Part shown: piece by piece, positions 11,431 through 25,290 of the stretch | Layout: every line of letters begins with the position of its first letter | Numbering within the stretch: the stretch's first letter is position 1 | Assembly: GCF_018977255.1 (NCBI RefSeq) | Contig: NW_024704743.1 | Location: 21,330,001-21,394,000 of the forward strand | DNA: 64,000 nucleotides | Origin: Callorhinchus milii | Taxonomy: Eukaryota | Direction: 5' to 3' | Notes under the pieces: generated by a model | Databases searched by the model: none | What the model was told of the DNA's origin: nothing | Seen by the model: the letters and a program-made list of their open reading frames with translations, nothing else | Translations under genes and position numbers: made by a program

Positions 11431-13719
11431 GAGTTTGGTAATAACATTATTCCAGTAGGTCAAACCAGCATTGTCCAGCCATCTCCTGGATGAAATGCTG
11501 TTCCATCTAGTGGCCTGGCTAGAATTGGTGTCAGTCGAAAGTAGGATGTTTTCAAATCTCAAACCATGCGTGCTTTATGGTTGAGATAAATGGCCCATTC
11601 AGTTGGACACTGAGTTACTTGCAATACTGCTTCCCTTCATGATGCACTGCATCGAATGTCCAAAAACTGGTGTGGTGGGAATGTAAGAAAATCATTATAT
11701 TCCTAAATGCATTCTGTTCCATATTTAATCAATTCCTTCCATAAGGCCATCAACTTATATTGCTCAGTGTCTCTGTATTTGCTTTGGGTAGAAATGTTGG
11801 GACAGTGAGCAGCTCCCTATTCAAATTGAAACCCACCATCTCCCAAATCTCCCCGCACACACTGTAGAATGGCTAACTAAGAAAAATCAGCAAGAAGAGA
11901 ATAAATCACTGAAGGACTGAAGGTGAGAGCTTGATGGCTCTCCCCACATGGTCAATTCCAGATTCCACTGGGGTCTTTGTGGTGAGCAAAAGCCACATCC
12001 AGTCAGTTAATCCCTCTGCCTGGAAAGTGACAGCCTGTCATAACATTCGAGTTTCAGAACCCACTGTTAGCAACTGAATCGCCCATAGTCTATGTCCCTG
12101 GCGGGACACAATAACAGCACCGGTTCTGGACAGTGTTCCAAATGACTTTTATTCAGTTTCTCTGGTTAAGGCGGGACACTTATGTCGACTTGGAATATTA
12201 GATCACTCTACAATCACAGCAGTTTACCCTGGAGTGGTTAGGTAAATAGCATGGACAGCGTAACACTATACAGCAGTTGAATCGATGAGGCAGCAGGAAT
12301 GACACTGACAAAAAGGACCAGAGTTAGATACAGTCTCTTTCTTACAGGTCTTAGAAATCTTACAAATCTTTTAGGACAAAAGCTCTTTCTTCTCTCTTGG
12401 GCACCCCACTTGTCTCTCTCACAGTTCAGTAGTCTCACTCACTCCCCACAGCCCCACTCTCCTCCTCTTAACATATATCTACCCAGACGACAATGCACAT
12501 TCCCGAGTTACCAAAATTATACAAACACAGCACAGAACAAAAAGCTGCTCCAATGACTTCCTGGAACATACACGGGATGATCGCTTCTGGCTATCTGGCT
12601 TAATCTGCCATCAGATCTGAGTTCAAAGTAGATATTTGCATGCAAAATACAGCAGTTACGCATTTGGGAGGCCCTTTTGTTTTCCCCAGACTTCCTGCCA
12701 CTGAAACTTGATAAGCACAGCAACATTCACTTGATACTGTAAAATCTTTTTGCTGACTTTAACCAGAGAGTGTGAGGATGCAAATGGATGAAATAACATT
12801 TTATACCTTCATACCATATGGGATGGCCAATTTACTGCAACCAGAACTTGCATTTAATCTATTACATTCTGGTCCACATTTTTGTGAAATGGCAGCAATC
12901 TGTGGGTTGTGTGTGTGTATATGTGTATGTTTTAGTATGTGGGTGTTTGTGCAGGTGTGAGTGTCAGAGAGAGAGACTAAATGAGGGACGTGTTTACCTG
13001 CCTGCTTGCCCGTCTGCCATTTTTGTACCATTTACAAATGATTTTTAAGGTTTTTTTTAAAAAAAACAATAAGCTGCTTGTCTAGCTCAGACTTTAATTC
13101 ATGAGTTGAAATTTGGAGTGATGGTTTTGTGATTGTTTCTATTAAAGGGATATTGTCGCTGTTGGAAACTAGCTGTTTGAGCTCTCCAACGGCACACACG
13201 ATCAGGTAGCACAGTGATGGATTTCACAAAGCTAAATATTTCAACAAAAAGCCTTTTTCCTTTGTATCTTTTACTTAAAGAGGAAGAAACGACCAGAGGG
13301 TATACAGTCTATTCAGAGTATTGTCTTTAGACGTCCTCCTGATGTGAAAGGCACTATACAAATGTAATTTTGTTGTTGTAGATCCAATGGTTTTATAAAA
13401 ATACATTTATAAAAGTAATTTATTTGTAGTAAGCATCTGTTGTGTTTCTATATGACCTGGGACACGCTATCCATTATTTGCTCTCTCGTGTTTGGTATCT
13501 CCAGTGATGATGAGGAAACATATGTATCTCAGAGTAGCTTCATTGAGTTTAATGGGAAAGATGCTTTGGGCCGGTCTGGGAGCCAATCTTTAGAATTGAC
13601 AGCAATTGCCTTTGAAGTACTTTAAAATGTTTTGTTGTGACACGCACCTCAAGTACAAGTTGTTTCTTTCATTTCTTACACAGACGATTGTTCCAACATG
13701 GAATGGCATACCTTATTAT

Positions 13720-14115
13720 AATAATAGTAATAATAATAATAATAATCCTTGCATTTGATATAGCACCTTATCACGGCTTCGAGACGTCTCAAAGTGCTTC
13801 ACAGAATATACTGTAAAGTGAATTAACTGAATATTTTGTGGCGAAATGTGATAGCCAATTGCGTAGTAGTGTCCCACAAACAGTTGAGGATTGCGTGACC
13901 AAATTATTATTTTGTTTTTAATTTTTCTTTGAAAGGATTATCACCGCCAAAAAAGCGATTCGCCAATCGACTAACAACCGGGTTCCTACTAATGCTGGTA
14001 AACAGAGGCATGTGGAGTAAGGAAACTTGCCTAAAGTTTCGCCCTTCCTGGGAATCGAACTCAGGTTCTCTTGCTTGCGAGACGAGTGCTCTAACCACTA
14101 AGTTACAGGACTCCA
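13720..14115 (-). mobile_element. Same tRNA-derived SINE, full-length
   Basis: Reverse complement of the 50441 copy, with (TTA)n tail. Confidence 0.88.
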
Positions 14116-16369
14116 CAATACTTTGCTGTTGAGGCAAAGTCAAAAGCGACATTTCAAAGGAATTGGAAAAATAATATTGGAAAACTACTATTGAAGGATA
14201 TGAGGAAAGAGCAGGGGAATGAGGATAGAGTAGGTAGTTCCAATGAGGGAATTCACTTCAAGCCAAACAATGGGCTCCAGGGTCATTCCTGTTCTGCAAA
14301 CATTAAACAATTCTTTCTGTGATCTCCAAGAGTTAGTGAAGGATCAAATATCAAGATGTTTGCAATTTTACAGGAACTATTTTGATCAGTGCAGATAGAA
14401 AGAAATATGAAATTTTTAAGAATTTTTTAGTGCAAACGTGAGCAAACCAATATTAAGCCACAACTGGCAACAAGTTGCATGTGGGTGATGCGTAGAGCCA
14501 GGTTCAGAAAGCATAGGAAATCTTGCACAACCTGAAGGACTTTGTGCTTTGTCAGCCAATGTTTTCTTTGTTCTCTCCTCTCAAAGTTAGGATGAGATCA
14601 AATGGGCTGAAAAGTCTGAAGCGCTCTTGTGGTTTGTGCTGTGGTATTGGCAGTCACACCGTGATGCCTTGCCTAAGCCATTTTTCATGTATCAACTTGG
14701 ACAGTGACTGAATGTCAACATCTTGTTGGGCCCTTAGCACTGTTGAGCAGTGTCAGTGGTTCTACATGCAGCACCATTGCTCCATCCACTGACCCAATAT
14801 TTTAAATGAAATTCACACTTTCATGTATTTAAAGGCTCGTTTTTTTCCCCAACAGTTTAACAGCCCTGAACAATATGTTTTTGAAAATATTTTGAACACC
14901 CAGAAATGCTTAACATTCCAACAAATGCTCTCAACTGAGTATGTTGTAACCTGCTATTTGGTATCATACACTAACATGCTGGAGGCAAAGCACAAAACCT
15001 GATGGGAAAGGTAAAGGTGACAGAACACAATGCAACAGGACTTAATATAATGATCATCATGGTTTGAAAATGTCTGCTGTTATCAATGCCAGAAGCTCTT
15101 GGTTTTACAGGTTTTCGCTGTGTTGAAATATTCAAAAGACAAAAGACACATAATTAGCTCTTCCTTCCCAGGGCCCTCACTGTAGAGGCTTATAGCTTTC
15201 TGAGCATTTCACGAGGCCCAGAAAATGGGTGCAGTGAAACAAATAAATACATGTTTTGCCTAGATATGAGGTACATGGAATGGGGTCAGTTGGCTGCAGC
15301 TCCATTTGGATCAGACATGTTTAGAGCAGAATCCACTTGCATAACATAACATATTCAAGCTGTATTGTCATTGAAAATTTAAAGAGCTTAACAAGACATG
15401 AATGGTTCCCCCATTGCCTTCTCATTAGGATTCGGGCATGTGGGATGACATTGCTGGTGTTTCCAGTGGGGAGAAGGGTTACAATCATGAATAAACAACA
15501 AAGGAACACGTTCACACTCTCCGCAGAGTTCATTTCTATTCCAATTATGAAGCTTCCTCAGAATTGGATGGGATGCATTCCAAAATAAAGTTGCTTAATG
15601 GTGCAAATCTAAAGCTGTAAAAGCCCATGTTGTGCGATTTGTTACATCCCAATTCTCAATCCAAGTTATTAAGCAGCCACCACTGTGATTTTGTTTAAGT
15701 ATATAATAGTGAAATGATCTCTGCTGTCTGATGTCACAGTAAATGCTAACTACCTTTGAGATGCCTAATGGAATAACGAATGTTAAATTCACAGGAAAAG
15801 ATTTTGATCAATGGATATTGTAAGATGGATATTGACTGTAAACTCCATGTACAAACTGTTGCCCATTGTGTCATTAAAGTGACTGATGGTGCAAATAATT
15901 TAGCATAATAGCCGTTTACAGGCATTGAATCTTTTTATATCACAGCATAGTTTCGACTCCCAAAATGATGTAATTTAGAATCATTTCATTTTTTTAACAC
16001 AGGAGCCCATTTGGTCCATCATGCCTGTGCCACCTTCTGATAGACCCATCTGTTTAGTCACACTCTCTTGCCCAGTTCCTCATCTCGCTTCAGTGGCTCC
16101 CAGTGCTGTCAAGTAATTTGAGACATTATTTCCCGTGAAATGCGCTATGAAAACATAAGTTCTTTCTTTATTACAATATTCCTCTGAACTCCCCCTTTTT
16201 CCTTTTGGCAATGATTATTAATTTATATTGTGTTTGTACTGACTAAACTGATCGGTGAAAGGAATTATTCTTGCCCGATCATCCACTGCTGATTCTGCCT
16301 TCCTGGAACATGCAACCGATATTTTCAAGTTAAAAGTATTGTTTGTCATTGTATGTCTGATCCAGTGAG

Positions 16370-17388
16370 TCAGAATGACTCAGTTGGTAGCACACTCGCT
16401 TCTGAGTCAGAAGATTGTGGGTTCTATGCTGACACGGCAATGCAGTGTTGGTGTGTGCTACATTATTACAGGTGATGTAATTTGGATGAAATGTTAAACC
16501 AAGGTCCAGTCTGGCTGTTCAGGTAGACATTTAAGATCCCACGGCACGATTCGAATAGCCATCAATCCCCCCCCAAAAAAAATTGGTCACTCACTCCATG
16601 GCTGTTTGAATGAGAGTCACTCCAAGACCCTCATACACGCATTCATAACATTGAAGCTTGACTATGCAAACTCCTTGCTTGTCGGCCTCATCAACTCCCC
16701 CTGCAGGCTGCATATCATCCAGAACTCTGCAGCCCGTGTCCTCTCGCGCACCAGGCTGCGTGGTCCTATTACCTCCATCCTCCCCCGACTCTACTGGCTT
16801 CCCATCACACGGAGGATACAGTTCAAGATCCTGGTCCTCACCTTCATAGCCCTGCATGGCCTTGCTCCCCCCTACCTCTGTGAACTTCTAACCCCCTACC
16901 AACCTGCGCACTCCCCCCGCTCAGCGGGCTCTGCCTGCTTCACATCCCCGACTCACCTACCTCACCATTGATGGGTGGACCTTCAGCCACTCTCCCCTTA
17001 CCCTCTGGAACTCTATCCCGCAGTCCGTCCACCCCATCCCTTGCCTCCTTTAAGACCTGTCTCAAGACCCTCCTCTTCGACTGTGCCTTCGATCATCCTG
17101 TTTCCCCCCACCCCCCCCTGCCCTCTTCCCTTCCCGATCCTGAACCCCAGCTTGCGTCCAAAATACTGATTGTTCAGCACCTTGGGATGTCCTTCCAATG
17201 TGAAAGGTGCTATACAAATGTAATTTTGTTGTTGTTGTTGTTTGTGAGGCATAGGTGTGCGCAAATTGACTGCCGCATTCCCCACAAAATACTCAGTCAT
17301 ATCACTTTAGAGTACACCCTGTGAGCCACTTTGAGATGTCTCAACAACGTGATAAGGCACTATATCAAATGCAAGGATTATTATTATC
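16370..17388 (+). mobile_element. Deu-domain SINE split by L2
   Basis: Head actcagttggtagcacactcgcttctgagtcagaag; body to ~16610; resumes at 17241 and runs to the (ATT)n tail. Confidence 0.8.
16615..17240 (+). mobile_element. L2 LINE 3' fragment
   Basis: KTLIHAFITLKLDYANSLL...IQNSAARVL...YWLPITRRIQFKIL; (GTT)n tail. Confidence 0.9.
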
Positions 17389-17496
17389 GCTACCTTCCAA
17401 GGCAGACATTTCCATGTATGTCTTGGATATATGTGTAGAATTTGTTTTTCGGAGAAGCAGCGTTAAGGGGGAGCATCACTGACCCTCATGTTGAGA

Positions 17497-17690
17497 AAAG
17501 GTGGTTGCTGAGTGAATTCCTTTTGAAGCACATAGGCATCCACTAACCTGTGTCAATGAAGCATCTCTGGGAGATTTGAAATCAATTTGGCCAAAAAGTT
17601 GGTTGCTGAGTGAAGCTCCTTTGAGAGCACAGAGGACATTCACTATACTGTCATAAAAATAGCTGTAGGAGATCTGAAATGGATTCTATC
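17497..17690 (+). repeat. Diverged tandem duplication, two units of ~97 bp
   Basis: tggttgctgagtgaa..cc.tttga..gcaca.agg..at.cacta...ggagat.tgaaat occurs twice. Confidence 0.8.
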
Positions 17691-19084
17691 CATGAGGAAG
17701 GAAATATGGTACAAAAATGACTATACTTCTTTAAAGAATAATGTACATCCCATTAGCCTTCAGCTTCCTGTTATAGTAAATAATAGCTGTCATTCCTCTG
17801 TTATAGTAAACAGTGTCAAACTAACAATTCACGACACACAATGACTTATATAATCATTGTGAAAGTAATTAAAACTCAAATGATAAGCAAAGTCCTGTTA
17901 AGGATAATGATTTAATATTAATTATTATGAAGTATGAATGGATTAAATTGCTTCCTTGAATGGCTCACACAGCAATCGAGAATGGATTTGGCTCCTATTT
18001 GCGTTCAGACATGTTGACCATACTAAAGGAAGTCTCATCAAAAGCTGTCAAATTGATTAAAACTAACAAAGCTGCTTGTGAACCGTGCATAATGTGAACC
18101 ACGAGAGCTGTGGGTGAACTAAAAATAAAGCTTTGTGCGTACAGCTTTCAAAGGCATTAGGTCTTGGATGCCATGCTAGTAGAAGGTAAGGATGGTAACA
18201 GCATGAGCAAACAAACAGAGCAAAGAGTTCAGACTTTCCGAGAGGAGTCAATGAGTAATGGCTGAAACAGTTCTCGAAGAGCTTCTTTTATCATTACTAT
18301 TTCTTTGAAAATAGAATAAAGGTGAAATTTGTATGTGTTGGTGAACCAAATACCCTTGTTTTGAAGATCACAATAGCAGATACTTAGGCTTATAAGCATT
18401 AAAGGCTGATATCAACGGCTTTCCATTATAGTTAACTAATGAGAACAGAGTAGTTAAGAAGTAAGCAATTTCAGATAGTCATCAAAGTTATGTTGTTTGA
18501 TGGGGATTCGTTCCTCCTTCCTCCACCTCACTGTTGGTCAAGTATAACTCATTAGGTTCTACTAGGTCCTAAAAACAAATGCAACAGCTATGTATCAATC
18601 GATTAATGTTACAGGAAACATCTGCCTAATATACTCTCTTACTATTAAAAATAAATTTGATTGAAATGCAGATGGTGCTTTTGACCTTTAACTCATTGAA
18701 GAACAGATTAAAAGCCATCAAGATTTAGTTTTCAGCGTCATAATAATACTTGGATTTGATGTAACGCCTTATCACATTGTCGAGACGTCTTAAAGCGCTT
18801 CACCGGATTTCACTGTAAAGTGTTGTGACTGCATTGAGGCAGCCAATTTGCGAACAGCAATGTCCTGCAAACAGCCATAAATACTGATGAGGAGAGAGGA
18901 TGCTCCATGCACCAAATATGAATGATTATGTTCAAACAAGCAGAGATTATCTTGAGTATTGGGCAAATCTGAAAGATCAGCAGGAGTTTGCTGCGTGAAG
19001 GCATACATGTAGTTTACCTGCTGCAAAACTGAATTATCTTTTTGTCGTTTTGAGATGTTTGAAAATAAGCAAGTAGAAATATTG

Positions 19085-19410
19085 ACAAACTAATGAAATG
19101 TTGGTGTGTCAGAAGTACAGACCTTCATCTTAAAATGTTAAACTGAGGTCCAACCTGCTGTTCTTCAGGTTGATGTCAAAGATCCCTTGACACTATTTGA
19201 AAAGAGAAGAGAGTTCCTCCCAGTGACCTGACCAAAAAGCCTCTAGTTGAATTGTAATGAATTGTCATTCACCTCATGGCTGTTTGCTGAGCACGAAATG
19301 ACTGCCATGTTTGCCTCCAGAAACATTTATTACGCCTAACAGCAATTACTGTAAAGAGTTTTGAGACCTTACAGTGCTACAAGGCACTGTAAAATACAAG
19401 TTATTGCTTT
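19085..19410 (+). mobile_element. Degenerate Deu-domain SINE
   Basis: aaactgaggtcc...aaagatcccttgacactatttgaaaagagaagagagttc... Confidence 0.65.
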
Positions 19411-20364
19411 CAAATGGTTCACTATGTTATTCCAGAATCACAGAGAAAGTGAATGGGGTTGTTAATGTCTGAAAAAGCTGGTAATTCACAAGATATCAAG
19501 ATAAATGATGAATCTAAAAAACGCATTCTACACATATAATAATAATAATATATAACACATATATCCAAGCTTTACATGGAAGAAAATAATAATCCTTCCA
19601 TTTGATATTGTGCCTTTCATATCTGGAGGATGTCTCAGTGTGCTTCATAGCATATACTGTAAAGTGTTTTGACTATATTTTGGAGACAAACAATACAGCC
19701 AATTTGCGTTCAGTAAAGGCTAGGCTAAGCAATGAAGTTTTAGCCTAGTCTTAGCCTGTAAGTTAAATAATATTTAAGATTGTGCAGAATTGTGAAAAAT
19801 ATCTTAAATTCAGTTCTAACTGGGAAGCCAGTTTGTTTTAACATTTGCTGTAAACAGGCTTCTGAATTCACAAGATCACATTTAACTTGTCTTTCCAGAA
19901 TACCCACCCAAATTGATCAAAAGGCAGGCAGAAGTGCAGGCAGATCGTGAACATGTTTAATGAGGGAGACATGGACCATACATCTGCACAGACGTTGTGC
20001 ATTGGTCATGAAGCCCCGAAGTGGAGACATAAAACTAGTGTGCCATTTCAAGACCTTGGTGATTTGACCATGTAATAACTGACCTCACATTTTGTTGCTC
20101 TTTCCGTTCACATCTATATTCACAACATGCACTTCAGTGGCATATAGACCCTGCCTGAAGCAAAGACATTTTATTATGCAGGATGAATAATCTGTACTAT
20201 TGATGTATCTTCAAAGGTTTCGCAGTGAAGAAAGGTTAAGTGCAACAGCGATATTATGCAACTGTTCTAAGATCACCATATATCAGTATAGACACATATT
20301 TAAATCTGAGACCTCATTTCATGATTATTATTTTTTTAAAAACATTCATTTTCATCCCTTTTGA

Positions 20365-22150
20365 TAATAATAATCCTTGCATTTGATATAGCACTTCATC
20401 ACGTCTTTGAGACATCTCAAGGCACGCCACAGAATTTACTGTAAACAACAACAACAAAATTACATTTGTATAGTGCCTTTCATGTCGGGTGGACATCCCA
20501 GGGTGCTGGAGAGACAGAGTTACGGACCAGAACTGAGGGTCGGGGTGGGGGAGGGGGGAGGACAGGGAGTGAAGCAGGGAGATCGAAAGCACAGTCGAAG
20601 AGGAGGGTCTTGAGGTGGGTCTTGAAGGTGCCGAGGGAGGGGGCAAGACGGAGGGATTGCGGGATGGAGTTCCAGAGGGTGGGTGCAGACTGGTGGAAGG
20701 CCTGCCCGCCAATAGTGGGGCGAGCAAGACCAGGGATGTGAAGCAGGCTGGAGCCCACTGAGCGGAGGGAGCGAACTGGGTGGTAGGGGGTTAGGAGGTC
20801 GCAGAGGTAGGGGGGAATAAGGCCAGGGAGGGCTTTGAAGGTGAGGACTAGGATCTTGAATTGTATCCTCTGTTTGATGGGAAGCCAGTGGAGTTGGGCA
20901 AGGATGGGGGTGATAGGGTCGTGGAGCCTTGTGCGGGAGAGGACACGGGCTGCAGAGTTCTGGATGATCTGCAGCCTGTGGAGGGAAGAGTTGGGGAGGC
21001 CGACAAGCAGTGATTTTGTGTAGTTGAGCCTCGATGTAATGAGGGTTTTGGCAGCCTGCAGTGTGAGACAGTGTTGGAGCCAGGCGACGTTGCGGAGGTG
21101 GGGGAAGGCAGAGTTGGTCATGGTGCAGATGTGGGATAGAAAGGATAGTTGAGGGTCAAACAAGACCCCAAGGTTCTGGACTGGCTTAGCAAGGTGGAGT
21201 GTGCAACCATGGATGGTGATGCTGTCAGCGTCTGAGGTGAGGAGGCGCTGACGGGAGCCAATCAGGAGACCCTCAGTCTTGTTGATGTTCAACTGAATAA
21301 AGTTAGCTCTCATCCAGGACTTGATGTCTGTCAGACATTCTGTCAGGACAGCAGTGGTCCTGGAGTCAAGGGTGGAGGCAGAGAGGTAGAGTTGGGTGTC
21401 ATCCACATACATGTGGAAGTTGACCCCATGTCTGCGGATGATATCACTAAGAGGGAGCATATAGATATTGAAGAGGAGGGAACCAAGGACAGAGCCCTGA
21501 GGAACACCACACGAGACGGTCCGGGGGCTAGAGGAGAAGCCGTTTGAGGAGATGAAGTGCAGGTGGTGTGAGAGGTACGATCTGAACCAATCAAGGACAG
21601 CGTCGTGGATATTGAGGTGAAAGGAGAGGCGGTGGTTGAGGATAGAGTGGTCGATGGCGTTTAAAGCAGCAGAGAGGTCAAGGAGGATGAGGAGAAGGAG
21701 GGAGCCCTGGTCACTGATGGACAGAATGTCATTTTGTTACTTCGACCAAGGCGGTGTCTGTGCTGTGGATGGCATGGAAACCCAATTGGAGGGGTTCAAG
21801 AAGGGAGTGGCGGGAGGGGGAGGAGCGAAGCTGAGAAGCAACAACTCATTCCAGTACCTTGGAGAGGAAAGGGAGGTTGGAGATGGGGTGGTAGTTAGGG
21901 AGCAGAGAAGGGTCCAAGGGAGGGCATTTTTAAGGATAGGAGTGATGACAGTGTTTTTTAAAGGGGTGGGAACAGTACCAGAGGACAGGGAAAGTGAATT
22001 AACTGTATATTTTGTGGGCGAAAATCGGCAGCCAATTGTGCATAACAGTGTCCCACAAACAGTCGTGGATTGAGTGATCAAATTATTATTATTGTTATCT
22101 TTTTTAAGGGATTATTACCCCCAGAAAAATGATCTGCCATTCGACTAACA
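20365..22150 (-). mobile_element. 5'-truncated copy of the same SINE, split by the L2 insertion
   Basis: Tail 20365-20445 and body 21991-22150 rejoin as ...actgtaaa|gtgaattaactg... Confidence 0.85.
20446..21990 (-). mobile_element. L2-clade LINE, 5'-truncated (RT domain and C-terminus)
   Basis: GVPQGSVLG, HMYVDDTQLYL, NLGVLFD, LQIIQNSAARVL, LHWLPIKQRIQFKIL; tail tatacaaatgtaattttgttgttgttg. Confidence 0.93.
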
Positions 22151-22414
22151 ATATTTACTCAAAGATATATACTCACATTTTATTATACCAGGGTACAATT
22201 GCTTCCATTGGAGTTGGGCACCCCACGTGTGAACCTTGTAAGTGAGTGTCAGTTTAAATGAAGGAAGTATCATAGCCAATATCAATCACATCCTCATTCA
22301 CATGCAAGCATCTTCCAGCAGAGATCCTTGGTTGTGTTTTTATTCTTCCCTTCCCTAACTCAGGAGTGCTGTTGAATTTGCAGTATCCCATCTACTGCCT
22401 CAGGAGAAATGAGG

Positions 22415-22735
22415 TAATAATAATCCTTGCATTTGACATAAAACATTTCACATTGGGAGGACATCTCTAAGTGCTTTACAGGATACACTGTAAAGTGTAG
22501 TGACTGTGTATTTTGTAAACGAACGCAGCAGCTAACTTGTGTACAGCAATATCCCATAAACAGCCAGGAAGTGAATAACCAATTTTTATTTGTGGGTTTG
22601 TGATCAGGCCATTGGGAGAAACTCTCTTATTTTTTCAAATAATGTCATGGAATCTTTTAACGTCCATCTGGACAGGCAGACGGAACCTCAATTTAATATC
22701 TCATCCAAAAGACGGAGCACACTAGACCGTCGGGG
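22415..22735 (-). mobile_element. Degenerate Deu-domain SINE
   Basis: tgtcatggaatcttttaacgtccatctg...tctcatccaaaagacgg; (TTA)n tail. Confidence 0.7.
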
Positions 22736-22769
22736 CAGTGTTGGAATCACTTGTTACTTCATTTAACTT

Positions 22770-23040
22770 GATGACCTCCTAAACCCCTACCAATCTGTCC
22801 CCTCCTCCGCTCAGTGGGGTCCAGCCTGCTTCACATCCCCGCCTTGCCCGCCCCTCCATTGGCGTGCGTGCCTTCAGTCTCTCTGCCCCCACCTTCTGGA
22901 ACTTCATCCCACGGTCCCTCCATCTCGCCCCCTCCCTCACCACCTTCAAGATCCGTCTCAAGACCCTCCTCTTTGACCATGCCTTTGGTCACACTCCTAC
23001 CCCTACCCTCCCTGCAATATGAATGCAAGTTGTTGTTGCC
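22770..23040 (+). mobile_element. L2 3' fragment
   Basis: Similar to the 3' ends of the 16.6-kb and 20.5-kb copies; tail gcaagttgttgttg. Confidence 0.8.
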
Positions 23041-24366
23041 CTATCCTGTCATTATTATCATTGCTTAATGCTTCATATACATGATGGAAGAGGTTTAATG
23101 CATTGAATGGCCTTCTCCTATTCCTATTAGGTTAAGTGCTTCAAAACATTCATTCTATAAAGGTTCTGCAAAAGTGCAAGTTGTTTCCATTCTCAGATGT
23201 GTGAAGTCTTTTTTTAATCAAGCTATCTTTGCCCCTCTGCCATTTTTATGACCTACAATATCTACATGTGCATTTGCTGTCGAATATTCGTCAGAAACGT
23301 TGATCTGAGGCTGGTGAAATCTGTCAAAAGATATCCCTGCTGCGATTTGATAATTGTAAAATTGGGTTGCCTTTAGCAAATAGTGTCATGCACAGCACTG
23401 TGCACAAACCTAACCTTTTCCCCTCTGTCAGAGCAGAACAATGTTGGTGTAGAAACACTCAGTATTATCCAGTACTTGTTCCCTGTGAACTCAGACAGCA
23501 GGTTTTTTACAAATAAACCTTTTCCCATCTTCAAATTGCATCTGAAGACCTTCCTCTCTCTCCAGCTCAGCTTTAAGCACTGCCACTGTTAAACAGTGCA
23601 ACCCGAACGAAGGGCCCTATATGAATGCAAGTTGTTGTTGATCGTATTTCCCCATTATTTTGCTTATTTTTACATAAGAATTTTTAGGATATGCATAGAA
23701 AGGGCAGAAGGCTTGGCAAACCCAACGACTTGTGCTAGGCGTCATCCTCTGCTAACTTAACATCTGACTGTATGCCTCAAACCTTCTCTCTTTCTAGATC
23801 CATCTCTTGAACTAATGTGTACTCTTATGGATATTTTAAAATAAATCTGTGTAACATTTTCCTTCTTGTATCCGAAATGTGGTTGGTAATACAGGATAAT
23901 AAAGGGATAGTTATCAATTTTACTCTGTATACAGCGAAGCACAGAATTAGCTGCACTTTGATATATTAGACTGGGTGTTATGTGACCATTGAGACCTTAA
24001 TCACAGAAGATTGGAGCAATGCAGTACTTTCCGAAATCTAAAACCTAAACCTTCAGTTTGGCAAGAACATTGAATTTCATCATGACTAGATCAAACAAAA
24101 TTAATACTGCAATTTACCATATTTTAGTGGTGTAAATTTGTGTCTTAATTACTGGTGCAGACATGATGATTGTGACAACTGTCGTTCTGTCAGTCGCCTG
24201 ACTTTATATAATCCCAGCTCCACGGAATAAAGCTAACAGTTAAAATAAGACTAGGCTGTGGGGGGTATTCATTTGAAGTGGTTTCTGGGGCCTGTAAAGC
24301 ATTCGGTTGTCAGGGATGTTATAGTGATACAGAGAAAATTGAACCTGAATTATTTTCCACTGACAG

Positions 24367-24542
24367 CTGCAGAACCAAGAGATGCTCAAAGGGATGTTGA
24401 AGAAAGCAGAATCTGAAATCAATAGCAGAGTTAGTGAAGCATTGAAGAGAATGGAAGATCCGCTGCAGCGACAGCGCATGCTGGTGGAGGAGGAGAGACA
24501 GAAATACCTCACTGAAGAGGAGAAAATAATACAGCAACTCTG
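24367..24542 (+). CDS. KIAA1217: KIAA1217 exon (176 nt, phase 0 to 2)
   Basis: ttccactgacag|ctgcag...ctctg|gtacgt; LQNQEMLKGMLKKAESEINSRVSEALKRMEDPLQRQRMLVEEERQKYLTEEEKIIQQL. Confidence 0.96.
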
Positions 24543-24784
24543 GTACGTCAGCTGATGTCAAAACCCACAGGGACTAAGAATCTATGATAATTATCGTTTT
24601 GTTTAAAAAAAAGTATTAGACCAATATCATTAACGTCGCTAATTATTAATACGATCAAGGTTTAATTTTGCATCAGCTTCCTCCTACTTTATGGTTTTTG
24701 CTTTATTTACCCTGCATCTTTTCAGGTTCCCCAGTTTCCTCTTGTAGTTGTTTACTTTGAATTTTATTTGGCTTCTTTAAAACA

Positions 24785-24829
<45 letters not shown>
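24785..24829 (+). repeat. (GT)n(GA)n compound microsatellite
   Basis: gtgtgt...gagaga. Confidence 0.95.
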
Positions 24830-24869
24830 TAAAAAAGAAAAGACGCTGTAGTTATGGAACTCAAGCTGC

Positions 24870-25290
24870 TTTTCCTTCTGGCTCTCTGCCCACCCAATCT
24901 GTGCTGCAAAGAAAAATGTTGGATTTGATCCCTGGTCAGAGCTTGGTTAGCTATCTCAGCCTGGCTGGTGCTTGGTGCAAAACAATTTGCCTCAGTGTCC
25001 TTTGGCGAGGGAAGGGCAAAAAAAAAATCCAGCTTTCCCATTTCTGATAGTACATGGTGTGTGCCTATGTGTGAACATTGAGTGAGGGTGGAATTGGCAT
25101 TGATTTGTTATGGTTATCAATCAATGATGTGCTGATAGTCACTGCACAGGCTCACACAAGGAGAGCACCTATTTGGGAAAAGCACCAATGGTTCCCACAG
25201 AGTTGTGCTTTCAAGAAAGGAAGCGGGAAAATTGATAACACAGGAAGGAAATGGAAAATGGCAAAATCATTCTGCTGTCCCTCAACAAGA
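24870..25290 (+). mobile_element. Third SINE-like family (older); related copies at ~22200-22410 (-), 34130-34650 (-), 35470-35535 (-), 45570-45750 (+), 47585-47790 (+)
   Basis: Shared motifs: gatccctggtc...ttagct.atctcagc, ggaaaaatcagcc, and on the opposite strand ttccagc..ggggtcactggatag. Confidence 0.55.
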
